Assembly (NCBI GenBank): GCA_041666915.1
Contig: JBAYFZ010000001.1
Location: 354,508-418,507, forward strand
DNA: 64,000 bases
Source: Minisyncoccota bacterium
GTDB taxonomy: Bacteria; Patescibacteriota; Minisyncoccia; Phycocordibacterales; PALSA-1337
Reading direction: 5' to 3'
Position 1 is the first letter of the stretch; each line of letters begins with the position of its first letter. The notes under the pieces are model-generated. The model made no database searches. It had not been told where the DNA came from and worked only from the letters and a program-made list of their open reading frames with translations. Shown here in pieces: positions 38,330-48,569 of the stretch. The translations under genes and the position numbers were made by a program.

Positions 38330-38500
38330 TATCACAAACCCGCCCGAACAGAGAAACCCTCCGTTCTGGTGGGTTTCTTTTTTTATATAATGAAATCCCC
38401 AAATCAATCACATTTGACTATATATCTATATAATATCATACTGAAACAAGTCAATTTGATATTCACAAAAAACAACAAATAACAAACGGAGGAACATTTA

Positions 38501-38998
38501 ATGAAGACATTCTTAAATATCGGTATTCTGATTATTGCTTGCGGTGCACTTATGGCAATTAACGGCAAAATCGGTGGTATGACACTATTGAAAGATGGTC
38601 TAGGTATTGGTTTTAAATTCTTCTGGAGAATTCTCCCAATGATAATAGTGTTTACAATCCTAGCAGGACAGATTGAGGCCTTTTATTCAAAACACCCCGA
38701 CGCTATCCGCTCCGCCACCACAGGTAATGCGGGCATCATCAAAGCCGCCTTGGCTGGAGCATTGATCCCAGGAGGAACTTCCGCTGGACCGATCCTCAAA
38801 AGCGAATGGAGTAATGGTGGCAACAAATTTGCAATCATCGCCTTCATCATCGCTATGAGTCTCATCAACTGGAACATGCTCCTATTCCGATTACCATTCT
38901 TCGGTGAAAAAATCACTCTGTGCATATATGGAATTGGGATAGCAATCGTCAGTGTTGTAGTTACAATTATGGTTCTAATCCACCATTTCAAAGGATAG
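38501..38998 (+). CDS. integral membrane protein, hypothetical
   Basis: 165 aa, 4-5 TM helices; terminator CCCCACCACGAGCCCGTGCTCATGGTGGGG+T-tract follows. Confidence 0.45.
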   Translation: MKTFLNIGILIIACGALMAINGKIGGMTLLKDGLGIGFKFFWRILPMIIVFTILAGQIEAFYSKHPDAIRSATTGNAGIIKAALAGALIPGGTSAGPILKSEWSNGGNKFAIIAFIIAMSLINWNMLLFRLPFFGEKITLCIYGIGIAIVSVVVTIMVLIHHFKG

Positions 38999-39083
38999 GT
39001 ACTCTTCCCCATCACTCCCCACCACGAGCCCGTGCTCATGGTGGGGTACTTTTTTATCAAAAATCATTTGCTATACTTAGACC

Positions 39084-39251
39084 ATGAGTCAAAAACAATT
39101 GATCTGGATAGGGGTATTCGTAGGCTCAACTATCGGTGGTTTTATACCTAGCTTATGGGGTGCAGGACTTTTCTCCATGTCTTCCGTATTATTCACTACT
39201 ATTGGCGGAATAGTCGGGGTATACGTAGGATTTAAGATGGGTAATTATTAA
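39084..39251 (+). CDS. small GxxxG-rich membrane peptide (55 aa, below ORF-track cutoff)
   Basis: MSQKQLIWIGVFVGSTIGGFIPSLWGAGLFSMSSVLFTTIGGIVGVYVGFKMGNY, found by manual translation. Confidence 0.3.
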   Translation: MSQKQLIWIGVFVGSTIGGFIPSLWGAGLFSMSSVLFTTIGGIVGVYVGFKMGNY

Positions 39252-39269
39252 TTAATTTATTTAAAAAAT

Positions 39270-39587
39270 ATGGAAAACACAACAACAGCCTTTGAGTTAC
39301 CAGGAAAAAAGATTGTCAAAAATCTAGGAATAGTAAGAGGGGTTATTGTTCGTTCAAGATCTATTATTGGTACAGTCGGTGGTTCATTACAAACGATTTT
39401 TGGTGGAAACATTAGCTTATTTACAGAATTATGTGAGAAAACTCGAGAAGAAGCTTTCGGGCTCATGATGAAACATGCCCAAGAAAAAGGTACCAACGCA
39501 GTCATCGGTGTCCGCTACGACACTACCGAGCTTTTACAAGGAGTGACTGAAGTTTTGTGTTACGGAACGGCGGTTATGGTTGAATAA
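39270..39587 (+). CDS. YbjQ/UPF0145 (DUF74) family protein
   Basis: 105 aa; the [13 protein letters not shown]...NAVIGVRYD pattern matches YbjQ_1. Confidence 0.75.
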   Translation: MENTTTAFELPGKKIVKNLGIVRGVIVRSRSIIGTVGGSLQTIFGGNISLFTELCEKTREEAFGLMMKHAQEKGTNAVIGVRYDTTELLQGVTEVLCYGTAVMVE

Positions 39588-39649
39588 AAAAAATCGCGCA
39601 GTATGTCCTGCACGATTTTCATGATATTTTCCTCGCAACCTATTCTGAC

Positions 39650-40330
39650 CTACTTTGGCCAAGGATAGAGACCCACTTCAGTAGCCTGACTTACCACCAG
39701 GGCCTGCCAGTCTTTGATGAATTGGAAATACTTTTCTCCAAGTTCCTTTGCCATCGGTAGCCGTAGCATTTCCCGCCACTCAAGATTGTAAAACGTGGCG
39801 TCAAAGCAAGACATCGGTCGGCTGAATGTTGACAATGGATGTAGTTGACCCAATGTCTCCGGAATATAAGCCGGTATGCATGGTCGGTGCTGTCCACCGC
39901 GAATCAGATTGATTGCGCCAAGATTCGCCAACCGATCGGCATCCTTGATCACCATCGTAACGATCCCGTCAGTGTCTTGGTTCATTTTGGAGTGTTCCTC
40001 CACTGCCGTTCTAATCTCCTGAATCTCAACAGCGGTGAAATGTTGAGCGACCATACTCAAACCCTCTTCAACATATCTCCGCGTCTCATCAGCAGAGAAA
40101 TGACGGTCAAGAGAGTGGAGGAGTCCTGCAACCCACGCTAACTCTCCAACACGTTTATTTGGAGCGATCTTAGCTCCATACTGTGCAACTGTAAGATCAT
40201 GGTCAAGGCCATGACCGTGAGTACTCTTGCCAGAGGCGATTATACCTTCATGAACTGTCTTCACGAAGTTATAAAGATTGTGAAATTTCGCACGAAATTG
40301 TGCGAAAATATCAGATGCTGTTTTTTTCAT
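39650..40330 (-). CDS. HD-domain phosphohydrolase-like protein
   Basis: HGHGLDHD ... IKDADRL metal-binding His/Asp pattern. Confidence 0.5.
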   Translation of the reverse strand: MKKTASDIFAQFRAKFHNLYNFVKTVHEGIIASGKSTHGHGLDHDLTVAQYGAKIAPNKRVGELAWVAGLLHSLDRHFSADETRRYVEEGLSMVAQHFTAVEIQEIRTAVEEHSKMNQDTDGIVTMVIKDADRLANLGAINLIRGGQHRPCIPAYIPETLGQLHPLSTFSRPMSCFDATFYNLEWREMLRLPMAKELGEKYFQFIKDWQALVVSQATEVGLYPWPK

Positions 40331-40548
40331 TTTTAAAAAACTGAATTTGATTGTCTATTTAGATGTTTTAAACTCCGTAAGCAACGCTTACTAGAAACAC
40401 CATTCTACCCTTGATGTTAGCATAGTTATAGCAAATAGTCAATAGATACGTATAGCCCATTGACAAATAACACCCAATATCTTATAATTGACACGGACAT
40501 CTGTTTTGTAGTCCAATTTCAAAAACAAATAAAGAAAGAAGGTACTCA

Positions 40549-40848
40549 ATGAAAGGTTCTCTCAAACTGTGTTTGTCGGCCCTTTACCGTTCGGTAACAT
40601 ATTCAGCGGTATCTTGTTTTGGGTTATTCATACTCTCAACAATAAACTCAATCCTTATTGAAGGTGGAATGGAAGGTGTCTGCTTGGAAAGTTGGGTGAT
40701 CTGGTTCTTTGCCCTACTATTCGTCGTCTTAACACTTTTGTTCTTTATCCGTAGTTTGTTCATAATCAGCGAAAACATACTTTCCGGCAAGACTGCGGAT
40801 GAAAGTCCCGTCAGATTAAAAGATATTATCAGCAGTATACTGCCCTGA
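40549..40848 (+). CDS. small membrane protein
   Basis: 99 aa, 2 TM helices. Confidence 0.35.
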   Translation: MKGSLKLCLSALYRSVTYSAVSCFGLFILSTINSILIEGGMEGVCLESWVIWFFALLFVVLTLLFFIRSLFIISENILSGKTADESPVRLKDIISSILP

Positions 40849-40914
40849 ATTCCCTTTTCAAAAAGACCGCACACCTATGAGGTATGCGGTCTTTCTTTGT
40901 ACATTATCTCTGAT

Positions 40915-41289
40915 TTACCAACCTAATAGAGATAACCAACCATGTGAAGAGAAATCAGACTGCATAGCTATTTTGGTTATAGGACCATAATATCCAACAG
41001 CTGGAGTGACACCTCTTGAAGCCTGATATCTGGCTAGAGCGTCTCTAGTGAGAGAACCGTAATAACCGAATGGAATTCCAATGGGAACATTAAGATAACC
41101 CATCTCTGATAACAAACCTTGAAGGACAACAACGTTTTGATTTTGAGATCCAACGGTAAGATTTTGGCCTACCAAGATATTTGGATACTCTGAGGCCTTA
41201 GCTTGTGGAGCGGTGACCAATATTGCCATAGCGATAATCAGCGTTAAACTAACTCCAACGAATAAACTAGATTTGAGGAAATTAATCAT
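40915..41289 (-). CDS. secreted peptidoglycan-binding domain protein
   Basis: Signal/TM N-terminus then LQGLLSEMGYL...YGSLTRDALARYQ (PG_binding_1-like). Confidence 0.6.
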   Translation of the reverse strand: MINFLKSSLFVGVSLTLIIAMAILVTAPQAKASEYPNILVGQNLTVGSQNQNVVVLQGLLSEMGYLNVPIGIPFGYYGSLTRDALARYQASRGVTPAVGYYGPITKIAMQSDFSSHGWLSLLGW

Positions 41290-41388
41290 ATATTTGTATT
41301 ATTTATTTGTTTATAAAATGATAAAAAAGCTCGACCTGCTATTTACTGTTACATAGTAGATGCCGTCTCTATAGACAAAATATTACAA

Positions 41389-41958
41389 CTACATTTTATA
41401 TCCCTTTTTAAGATCACCTATCTCTTTCTCTAATGAAGAAATATGCCTATCCATTTGTAACGTCCTCTCAGTAATTTTTATCTCAAATTTATTCGTATGA
41501 TCTGCAAGTTGTTTGGCGACATCCATCATATCCGTAACGTCTTCTATAGCAAGAAGTATGATTGCTGGTAATGATTCAGAAGTATTTTCCCTTTTGACAT
41601 GAATCTGACGAGCATTCAATATCATTATTTTCTGACCTATCAAAGGAAAAGAATGAGACACTTCAAAACCCTTGAAAAAAGTATGCTTTGGTAAAATATT
41701 TTCCAAAAGCTTTTTTAAAGCTGGAATATTCCATTGACCATTACCCAATTCGTACACAATCTTACCTTCAGTATCTTTTTGTTCAACGTGGAACATTTGA
41801 TAAAAAGGCCAGTTAGCAGCAATGACGTGGAATTCCGCATCCAAGATCAAAACCGGCTCATGCACAACATCTACTACAGTCTTTATATACGTCCAACTTT
41901 CTTCCCATGAACGTTCAAAAAAATCTGATCCTATTTGTTTTTTATTATCTGTTTGCAT
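41389..41958 (-). CDS. PAS-domain protein
   Basis: PAS-like fold in PVLILDAEFHVIAANWPFYQMF...GKIVYELGNG. Confidence 0.45.
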   Translation of the reverse strand: MQTDNKKQIGSDFFERSWEESWTYIKTVVDVVHEPVLILDAEFHVIAANWPFYQMFHVEQKDTEGKIVYELGNGQWNIPALKKLLENILPKHTFFKGFEVSHSFPLIGQKIMILNARQIHVKRENTSESLPAIILLAIEDVTDMMDVAKQLADHTNKFEIKITERTLQMDRHISSLEKEIGDLKKGYKM

Positions 41959-42181
41959 ACTAATAAAGACGGAGGAATACTCTATTCATTACATCTTAAC
42001 AAATAACAAAAAATGTGATACACTTTTGTTACAAATACCTACTAGTTGCTGTAATACTTGTGCAATGAACAAAAGATCGTCCACTGTCATTACACACCTA
42101 AAAATATAGATATGTTACCTATTATTACAGCCTTCTGTAATATTTGTGTAATGAAAAGTCATTACATACGTCTCAATATAT

Positions 42182-42715
42182 ATGACAATAGAAAGAAAAA
42201 TATCAATAAACAAGGAATTGACCGTAGCTCACCATAACTACAATAAAGGTCTCAACTCGTATGCCCTTTTCAAAACACAAGACGGTGCCGTAGGCGAAGA
42301 CATGGTGCAAGATACTTTTTTGAAAACTTGGAAATATCTCATAAAAGGAGGCAAAATTAACATAATGAAAGCTTTTCTTTATCATATTTTGAACAATCTA
42401 ATAATTGATGAGTATCGTAAACGTAGGAATAAAGCTACTTCATTAGATACTCTCTTGGAAAAAGACTTTGAAGTCGGTGACGACAATTCTGAACATCTTG
42501 TGAATTTCTTGGATGGCAAAAAGGCGATCCTTCTCATCAAACAACTTCCAGAAGTATATAAAAAGGTGATACGTATGCGTTATGTGCAAGATTTATCACT
42601 CAAAGAAATGTCACTCCTGACAGGACAAACTAAAAATGCCTTGGCCGTAAAAGTACATCGTGGTCTAGAAAAGCTCAAAGTTTTGTATGGGAAAGGGTTC
42701 TCGTTTATTAATTAA
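42182..42715 (+). CDS. ECF-type RNA polymerase sigma factor
   Basis: Region 2 (DMVQDTFLKTWKYL...YHILNNLIIDEYRKR) and region 4 (LPEVYKKVIRMRYVQDLSLKEMSLLTGQTKNALAVKVHRGLEKL). Confidence 0.85.
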   Translation: MTIERKISINKELTVAHHNYNKGLNSYALFKTQDGAVGEDMVQDTFLKTWKYLIKGGKINIMKAFLYHILNNLIIDEYRKRRNKATSLDTLLEKDFEVGDDNSEHLVNFLDGKKAILLIKQLPEVYKKVIRMRYVQDLSLKEMSLLTGQTKNALAVKVHRGLEKLKVLYGKGFSFIN

Positions 42716-42727
42716 TAATATAAATAT

Positions 42728-42859
42728 ATGATCTGGACACTAATTATAGTTTTGTTTGTTCTCTGGCTTCTAGGATTCACCTTCAATTTTGGTGGAAACT
42801 TGATCCACACTCTTTTGGTAATAGCATTGGTAGCTCTTATCATCAGACTTCTTTCGTAA
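42728..42859 (+). CDS. lmo0937-family-like small membrane protein (43 aa)
   Basis: MIWTLIIVLFVLWLLGFTFNFGGNLIHTLLVIALVALIIRLLS; classic WLLGF...GG.LIH pattern, found by manual translation. Confidence 0.5.
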   Translation: MIWTLIIVLFVLWLLGFTFNFGGNLIHTLLVIALVALIIRLLS

Positions 42860-42922
42860 TTTATCCACCATTTGGTCTAGTAAGTACCTACTATTAGGAG
42901 TAATATTACCCATAGCGGTTAA

Positions 42923-43204
42923 TTGTACAAAAAATTTCATGGAAGGAGGTCTATCATGAAAACTTTAAACTTTAGACTGCAAGGAAAAGCGGAGCTTGAT
43001 CAAGCTATACATGATCCAGAAAATCGTCAGCGCACTTGTGAGGAACATCACTGTACCGAACAAGAATTAGATCAACATCCTGGGTGGCTAATAATCAGAT
43101 TCGCCATGACTGGCGGAGCAGCGAGGTTCGCAAGAGAACATCGTAATGAATTCCTTGAGGAGAAAAAGGTTCCCGAAGGATCTGTACTAAGTCACGGCGG
43201 ATAA
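42923..43204 (+). CDS. hypothetical protein
   Basis: 93-aa ORF rich in charged residues. Confidence 0.3.
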   Translation: MYKKFHGRRSIMKTLNFRLQGKAELDQAIHDPENRQRTCEEHHCTEQELDQHPGWLIIRFAMTGGAARFAREHRNEFLEEKKVPEGSVLSHGG

Positions 43205-43307
43205 AAGTTACGTTAGGCGGGACAAGGCAACATCATTAATGTAATGTTGCTTTTTTGTTACCGTGATTCGCTCCACCAGTCGGTAGATGGCGAATTCTCA
43301 GTTTTAA

Positions 43308-43340
43308 TACCCCCTCCCCCCTAGGGGGTATCAAGACTAA
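43308..43340. repeat. CCCCCTCCCCCCTAGGGGGTATCAAGA palindromic repeat (copy A)
   Basis: G/C-run palindrome centred on CTAG; related copies at 47483-47500, 47800-47872 and 53288-53420, all at 3' ends of minus-strand genes. Confidence 0.7.
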
Positions 43341-43741
43341 AGAGATACAGTAAACTCAACTTCAAAAGGATACATACCCATTCCACATGTTCCTGAAAGC
43401 TTACCAACCTTACCCACACCAATATCAATATCAGTAGAACCAGTCTGTGGTAACGCTTTAGAAATATTCATACTTGGAATACGTACGTAAGATGAACAAT
43501 CAAAAGTCCCGTTAGTATTGAACCTAATAACAGTAGGAATGCCTGCCTTTGCAATACTTTTCCTAGGCTGATAACCACCTCTAGCGGTTATTTCAATAAT
43601 CTGTTTTCCATCAATAACAGAAACATTATTTGCATTAGTTGCAACTTGTCCTGAAGTAACCGTATTACCACCTCTCACCAATAACAAAGCTCCTGCAATG
43701 AGGGTAACTGCGACTATAATAGATAAAATGGTTGCTTTCAT
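43337..43741 (-). CDS. secreted cupredoxin-like/metal-binding protein (putative copper-handling accessory)
   Basis: TM/signal anchor, Cys/Met-rich C-terminus (CSSY...GTCGMGMYPF); adjacent to the copper-efflux genes. Confidence 0.4.
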   Translation of the reverse strand: MKATILSIIVAVTLIAGALLLVRGGNTVTSGQVATNANNVSVIDGKQIIEITARGGYQPRKSIAKAGIPTVIRFNTNGTFDCSSYVRIPSMNISKALPQTGSTDIDIGVGKVGKLSGTCGMGMYPFEVEFTVSL

Positions 43742-43763
43742 ATGGTATTAATATTAACACGTA

Positions 43764-44804
43764 CTAAAAATTGAATACTGGCGGAATAATCCCAACAACA
43801 ACCAGACTATTTATCAGATTGAATAATGCAAACATTATAACTACAAGTCCAGCACTCTTGAAAAAGATTCCTGATTTTGAACTATTTTTAATACTAAATG
43901 AACTGAAACTTACCAAAGCAAGGACAGGAAGAGTACCTAGAGCAAAAGATAACATTGTGAGACCACCGGTAAAAAAATTCCCTGTTGTAAGAGTATAAAG
44001 TTGCATTGATTGAGTGAATCCGCAAGGCAAGAAAAATGTTGCAGTACCTACCAAAAGCGGTGTGAGTGTATGGTTGAATTTTGATACACCATGAGCATGT
44101 TTGGCAATGAATCTTGGCATTGATGGTTGTAACCTCTTGGCCCAAGGAAAAACATCCAAAAGATTTATACCCAAAACAAGCATTACAATACCAATAATCA
44201 GACTTAAAATAAACGTTGCAGAAGTATTGAGAGTAAAAGCCGAACCGAGCGCACCTATGATTCCACCGAGAATAAAAAAGGAGACTATACGACCAATATG
44301 GAACATTACTTGAGGTTTGATCTTGTCACCTTCTTTTGCGAATGTTGCAGACATAGAAAGTAAAAGTCCACCTACAACTGCCATGCAAGTAGAGAGTGAG
44401 GCGACAATACCTATCACAAAAGCTGTACCATAAGTAACATTTCCAGCACTTACCATATTGATGAGACCAATCTTTTGCAGGACAACAAATAAAACAGCAA
44501 AACCAAAAGCTATTGGTACTGCTATCTTGAAATCAGACCAATCCACTTTTTTGACCAATTTTTCTACAGAAACCGTATAACCGTGAGGTTTGAGCGGTAC
44601 AGTCAATTCTTCTGCAATCTGTTCTAATGTTTTGTTACCAAAATTTCCAGCAATCTCAACTGTATGGCTACCAAGATCTGATTTGACATAACTAACATTT
44701 GGTAAATCTTGTAGCTCACTTTCTGTCATAAGGACACAAGCATTACAATGCATACCGTGAATATGGAATTTATATTTATTTTGCATATTTTTATAATCTT
44801 TCAT
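43764..44804 (-). CDS. HMA-domain-containing membrane permease (putative metal transporter)
   Basis: N-terminal heavy-metal-associated motif HGMHCNAC followed by ~8 TM segments. Confidence 0.55.
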   Translation of the reverse strand: MKDYKNMQNKYKFHIHGMHCNACVLMTESELQDLPNVSYVKSDLGSHTVEIAGNFGNKTLEQIAEELTVPLKPHGYTVSVEKLVKKVDWSDFKIAVPIAFGFAVLFVVLQKIGLINMVSAGNVTYGTAFVIGIVASLSTCMAVVGGLLLSMSATFAKEGDKIKPQVMFHIGRIVSFFILGGIIGALGSAFTLNTSATFILSLIIGIVMLVLGINLLDVFPWAKRLQPSMPRFIAKHAHGVSKFNHTLTPLLVGTATFFLPCGFTQSMQLYTLTTGNFFTGGLTMLSFALGTLPVLALVSFSSFSIKNSSKSGIFFKSAGLVVIMFALFNLINSLVVVGIIPPVFNF

Positions 44805-44808
44805 ATTT

Positions 44809-47154
44809 TTATAATTTTTTAGCTTTAATTCTTAATGAATTTGACACCACCGAAACACTTGAAAATGCCATCGCCAATCCTGCAAAAACTGGATTCAATA
44901 ACCAACCAAATATTGGATAAAATACACCAGCTGCCAAAGGAATACCTATGACATTATAAATAAATGCCCAGAATAAATTTTGTTTTATACCTCTCATAGT
45001 CATCTTTGAAAGTTTTATTGCCTTCACAAGCTTTGAGATATCTCCTCCAAGCAAAGTGATGCCGGCTGACTCTATTGCCACATCAGTACCAGTATCCATA
45101 GCGATACCAACATCGGCCTGAGCCAATGCTGGAGCATCGTTCACACCATCACCTGCCATTGCTACTATTTTCCCTTGCGATTGTAATGATTTTATCTTTG
45201 CCAATTTATCTTCTGGCATTACATGAGCGACAACATCGTGAATACCCACAAGTCCTGCCATGTATTTTGCAGCCTTTTCATCATCTCCAGTGAGCATAAC
45301 TACTTTGATACCAAGTTTATGAAGATCCGATATGGCTTGCTTGGATTGTGGTTTTATCTCATCTGCTACCATGACAAAGCCGAGTACTTTTTCTTTATTT
45401 GCAAGAATAACTGGCGTCTTCCCTTGTGCAGTAAATTGTTCAATCTTGGAAACGTCAAAAGATAATCCCAAATCTTTGATGAGTTTTACATTACCAACAT
45501 AATATTCAGAACCAGCAATAGAACCTTTCAAACCTTTACCTTGAATACCTTCAAAATTTGAAACTTCGCTAATCTTTATATTTTTTTCTTTTGAATAATT
45601 TACAATCGCGTGTGCAATAGGATGTTCAGATTTATTTTCAAGTGAAGCAAGGATGGAAACAAACTCTTCATCTTTCAAATCAGAAAAATTTGCGATATCA
45701 ACAAGAGTGGGCTTACCAATAGTGATAGTACCCGTCTTATCTACAATGACCGTATCAACTTTATGAAGTTTTTCTAATGTTGCAGCGTCTTTTATCAAAA
45801 TACCTTCTCTAGCACCTTTTCCAACACCCACAATAATAGCTGTCGGTGTAGCAAGTCCAAGAGCACAAGGACAAGCAATGACAAGAACTCCTACGAATGA
45901 GACGAGGCCAAAAGATAAGGCTTGCGAAAATCCGAGTGGACCAGTTCCAAGGAGTAGCCATGTTCCTAGAGTAAGAAAAGCTATTACAAGTACAATCGGT
46001 ACGAAAACACTAGAGATTTTATCGGCAAGAGCTTGAATAGGTGCTTTGCTACCCTGAGCTTCTTCAACCATTTTAATAATTTGTGCAAGGAGTGTTTCTG
46101 AACCAACTTTGGTGGCTTTGAATGTAAATGAGCCACTTGTATTCATTGTTCCAGCAGTGACATTGTCACCAATCTTCTTTTGGGCTGGCATGGGTTCACC
46201 AGTAACCATAGATTCATCTACGAATGATGAACCATCTGTGATAATCCCGTCCACAGGAATCTTTGTCCCCGGCTTAACAATAATAGAATCCCCGTGCTTC
46301 ACATCATTCACTGAAATCTCTATTTCTTTACCATCACGGATAACCAAAGCTGTTTTTGCTTGAAGATTGAGAAGTTTTTCTATAGCATCACCAGTTTTGA
46401 TTTTTGAGCGAGCCTCTAAATATTTACCAAGGGCGATAAAAGTGATGACAACAATGGCGACATCGTAATAGGTATTATCAACATTCAAGAAAGGTCTCAA
46501 AGCTTCTTCAAAAGAAGTAACTATAAAACTATATGAGAATGCAGAAACTGTTCCAATACCGATCAGAGTGTCCATATTGGCTTTGCCGTAGCGTAGAAAA
46601 CGATAAAAACCAAGAAGGTATGGCTTACCAACTACAAAAAGTATATAAGTCGCCATAACTGGCAAAAGATGATGGAAAAATTCTTTGACAGTAAAAGTCA
46701 TCTCCGGAGCCAAACTGGATTGTGCAAGAATATCCCAAGTCATTATGAATACACTGATAACGGCCAAAGGAATGGCTGATATGACTTTCGTCTTCATATC
46801 TCTGATCTCTGCTAATTTTTCTTTCTTTGATTGGTTTAAGCCCAAATGCTCAGCATGCTCGTCCTCTGACATACCCATTTCTTTTGCACCCATAGAAGAA
46901 TGGCCAGAATCATTTTTTGTTGTCATACCACTTTTTGTTACCATAGGAATCTCCAAGGAATAACCCAATTTTTCTATCTTTTGAGAAAGGCTTTCTGGAT
47001 TAGTTTTTGAATTATCAAAAGCCAGTTTAACTGTTTCTGTACCATAATTTACAGAGACAGATTCTACCCCATCAGTCTTTTTGAAAGTCTTTTCTATAAT
47101 ACTTGCACAAGAAGCGCAGTGCATTCCTTTTACTTTATATGTTTTATTTTGCAT
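44809..47154 (-). CDS. copA: copper-translocating P1B-type ATPase
   Basis: N-terminal HMA (GMHCASCA), CPC motif (ACPCALGLATP), DKTGTIT phosphorylation site, GDGVNDAPAL hinge. Confidence 0.9.
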   Translation of the reverse strand: MQNKTYKVKGMHCASCASIIEKTFKKTDGVESVSVNYGTETVKLAFDNSKTNPESLSQKIEKLGYSLEIPMVTKSGMTTKNDSGHSSMGAKEMGMSEDEHAEHLGLNQSKKEKLAEIRDMKTKVISAIPLAVISVFIMTWDILAQSSLAPEMTFTVKEFFHHLLPVMATYILFVVGKPYLLGFYRFLRYGKANMDTLIGIGTVSAFSYSFIVTSFEEALRPFLNVDNTYYDVAIVVITFIALGKYLEARSKIKTGDAIEKLLNLQAKTALVIRDGKEIEISVNDVKHGDSIIVKPGTKIPVDGIITDGSSFVDESMVTGEPMPAQKKIGDNVTAGTMNTSGSFTFKATKVGSETLLAQIIKMVEEAQGSKAPIQALADKISSVFVPIVLVIAFLTLGTWLLLGTGPLGFSQALSFGLVSFVGVLVIACPCALGLATPTAIIVGVGKGAREGILIKDAATLEKLHKVDTVIVDKTGTITIGKPTLVDIANFSDLKDEEFVSILASLENKSEHPIAHAIVNYSKEKNIKISEVSNFEGIQGKGLKGSIAGSEYYVGNVKLIKDLGLSFDVSKIEQFTAQGKTPVILANKEKVLGFVMVADEIKPQSKQAISDLHKLGIKVVMLTGDDEKAAKYMAGLVGIHDVVAHVMPEDKLAKIKSLQSQGKIVAMAGDGVNDAPALAQADVGIAMDTGTDVAIESAGITLLGGDISKLVKAIKLSKMTMRGIKQNLFWAFIYNVIGIPLAAGVFYPIFGWLLNPVFAGLAMAFSSVSVVSNSLRIKAKKL

Positions 47155-47205
47155 GTATTTTTATGGTAAGAACAAATGACTATTAAATGACGAGGTATAA
47201 TCTGA

Positions 47206-47469
47206 TTATTTGCGCTTGAGGCGATAAACTTTGAGAATTTCATCAACTGCAATACTTTGTTTTCCTCCTTTGATCTGTTTTACAACACAAGTATTCAAGT
47301 GATTTTCCATGAGAGAATCTTCTACACTAGAGAGAGCTCTCTTTACTGCAGAGGTCTGACTTATAACATCAATACAATACGTATCTTTTACTAACATGTT
47401 CCTAAGACCATGTACTTGTCCTTCAATGACTTTCAATCTATCTATCAATTTCTGTTTTGATGGGTTCAT
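47206..47469 (-). CDS. csoR: CsoR/RcnR-family metal-sensing transcriptional repressor
   Basis: 87 aa; the RLKVIEGQVHGL...CIDVISQTSAVKRAL pattern (DUF156). Confidence 0.8.
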   Translation of the reverse strand: MNPSKQKLIDRLKVIEGQVHGLRNMLVKDTYCIDVISQTSAVKRALSSVEDSLMENHLNTCVVKQIKGGKQSIAVDEILKVYRLKRK

Positions 47470-47799
47470 AATGAATACATGGTATACCCCCTAGGGGTAT
47501 CTTGTCAATATTACTAACTGGTGTTATTGATGTCATTGTAAAATTATGCATCACAAAAATCGCAAAACACTATTAAGAAGGTTTTTTACTCAGTAAGAGG
47601 GCACTTTCGCGGGAAGATTACACAATTTATCTCCGTCCGACAGATAGGTCACAACGGACAGGGTTTCCTGCGTATTAAAGATACTAAAAAAGTGACGGAT
47701 TTTTCGTCACTTTTTTATAGTTATATTACAGTTGAAAGGAACTAACCAATAAAAATACTTTTACTTCGCCACCCGCTCAATTAGATAAACACGAACACA

Positions 47800-47872
47800 A
47801 TACCCCCTCCCCCCTAGGGGGTATCAAGACCAAAGAAATGTAATGCACCCCCTCCCCCAGGGGGAGGGGGTC
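47800..47872. repeat. CCCCCTAGGGGG-family palindromic repeat (copy C, compound)
   Basis: ATACCCCCTCCCCCCTAGGGGGTATCAAGACCAAAGAAATG...CCCCCTCCCCCAGGGGGAGGGGG. Confidence 0.7.
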
Positions 47873-48569
47873 AATCACTAATCTTCAAAGAATCGTTACC
47901 ACTCTCCCTATCCATAAAAACCACCAACCTCGTAGAATAACTTTTTTCAGCTTTATTCCAAACACCACCACAAGTTATGAGATTCAAATGCACTTTTCCA
48001 TCACCAAGACCAAAAGCTTCTGGCACATCTTCATTCTCACCATAGACTCGTGATTTACGTACAACAAAAGTAACGACTACCCCATTTTCATCTTCAACAT
48101 AAACCCTATCTCCCCCCCTCAACTTATCTAAATTATCAAAAACCGCCGATACCCCATCTTTCCAACCATAATGACCAACGATAACTGCATTACCTTTTTC
48201 TCCCGGACGTGGACCGAGATTGAACCACCCCGCATTCACTGGACCCTTTGGTACAGCCACAGCACCTTTTGATGTGAGACCTACGGATTCAATAAGAGTA
48301 TCAACGCCTATCGTTGGGATTTTGATGCGAGTAGGAATCCCTGAGACTGATACTTCAAGATCTACTGGAACGACCGTAGTTGAAGTGGCAATGCCACCGA
48401 TTTCAACCAACTTTTTATTATTAAGACCTTGTGAATACCGATCTTCTTTAACATTCATCACAAAAAATACTAATAGCAATAGAAAAGCTACTACTGCAAC
48501 AATAACAAAAAAACTTTTTAATGAAATTCTCATTACAAAAACCAGAACAAATTCACAATCATATCCCAC
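47871..48569 (-). CDS. srt: sortase family transpeptidase
   Basis: TLITC active-site motif and VIVGHYG His; N-terminal TM anchor. The true start is probably the internal MRISLK. Confidence 0.8.
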   Translation of the reverse strand: MGYDCEFVLVFVMRISLKSFFVIVAVVAFLLLLVFFVMNVKEDRYSQGLNNKKLVEIGGIATSTTVVPVDLEVSVSGIPTRIKIPTIGVDTLIESVGLTSKGAVAVPKGPVNAGWFNLGPRPGEKGNAVIVGHYGWKDGVSAVFDNLDKLRGGDRVYVEDENGVVVTFVVRKSRVYGENEDVPEAFGLGDGKVHLNLITCGGVWNKAEKSYSTRLVVFMDRESGNDSLKISD

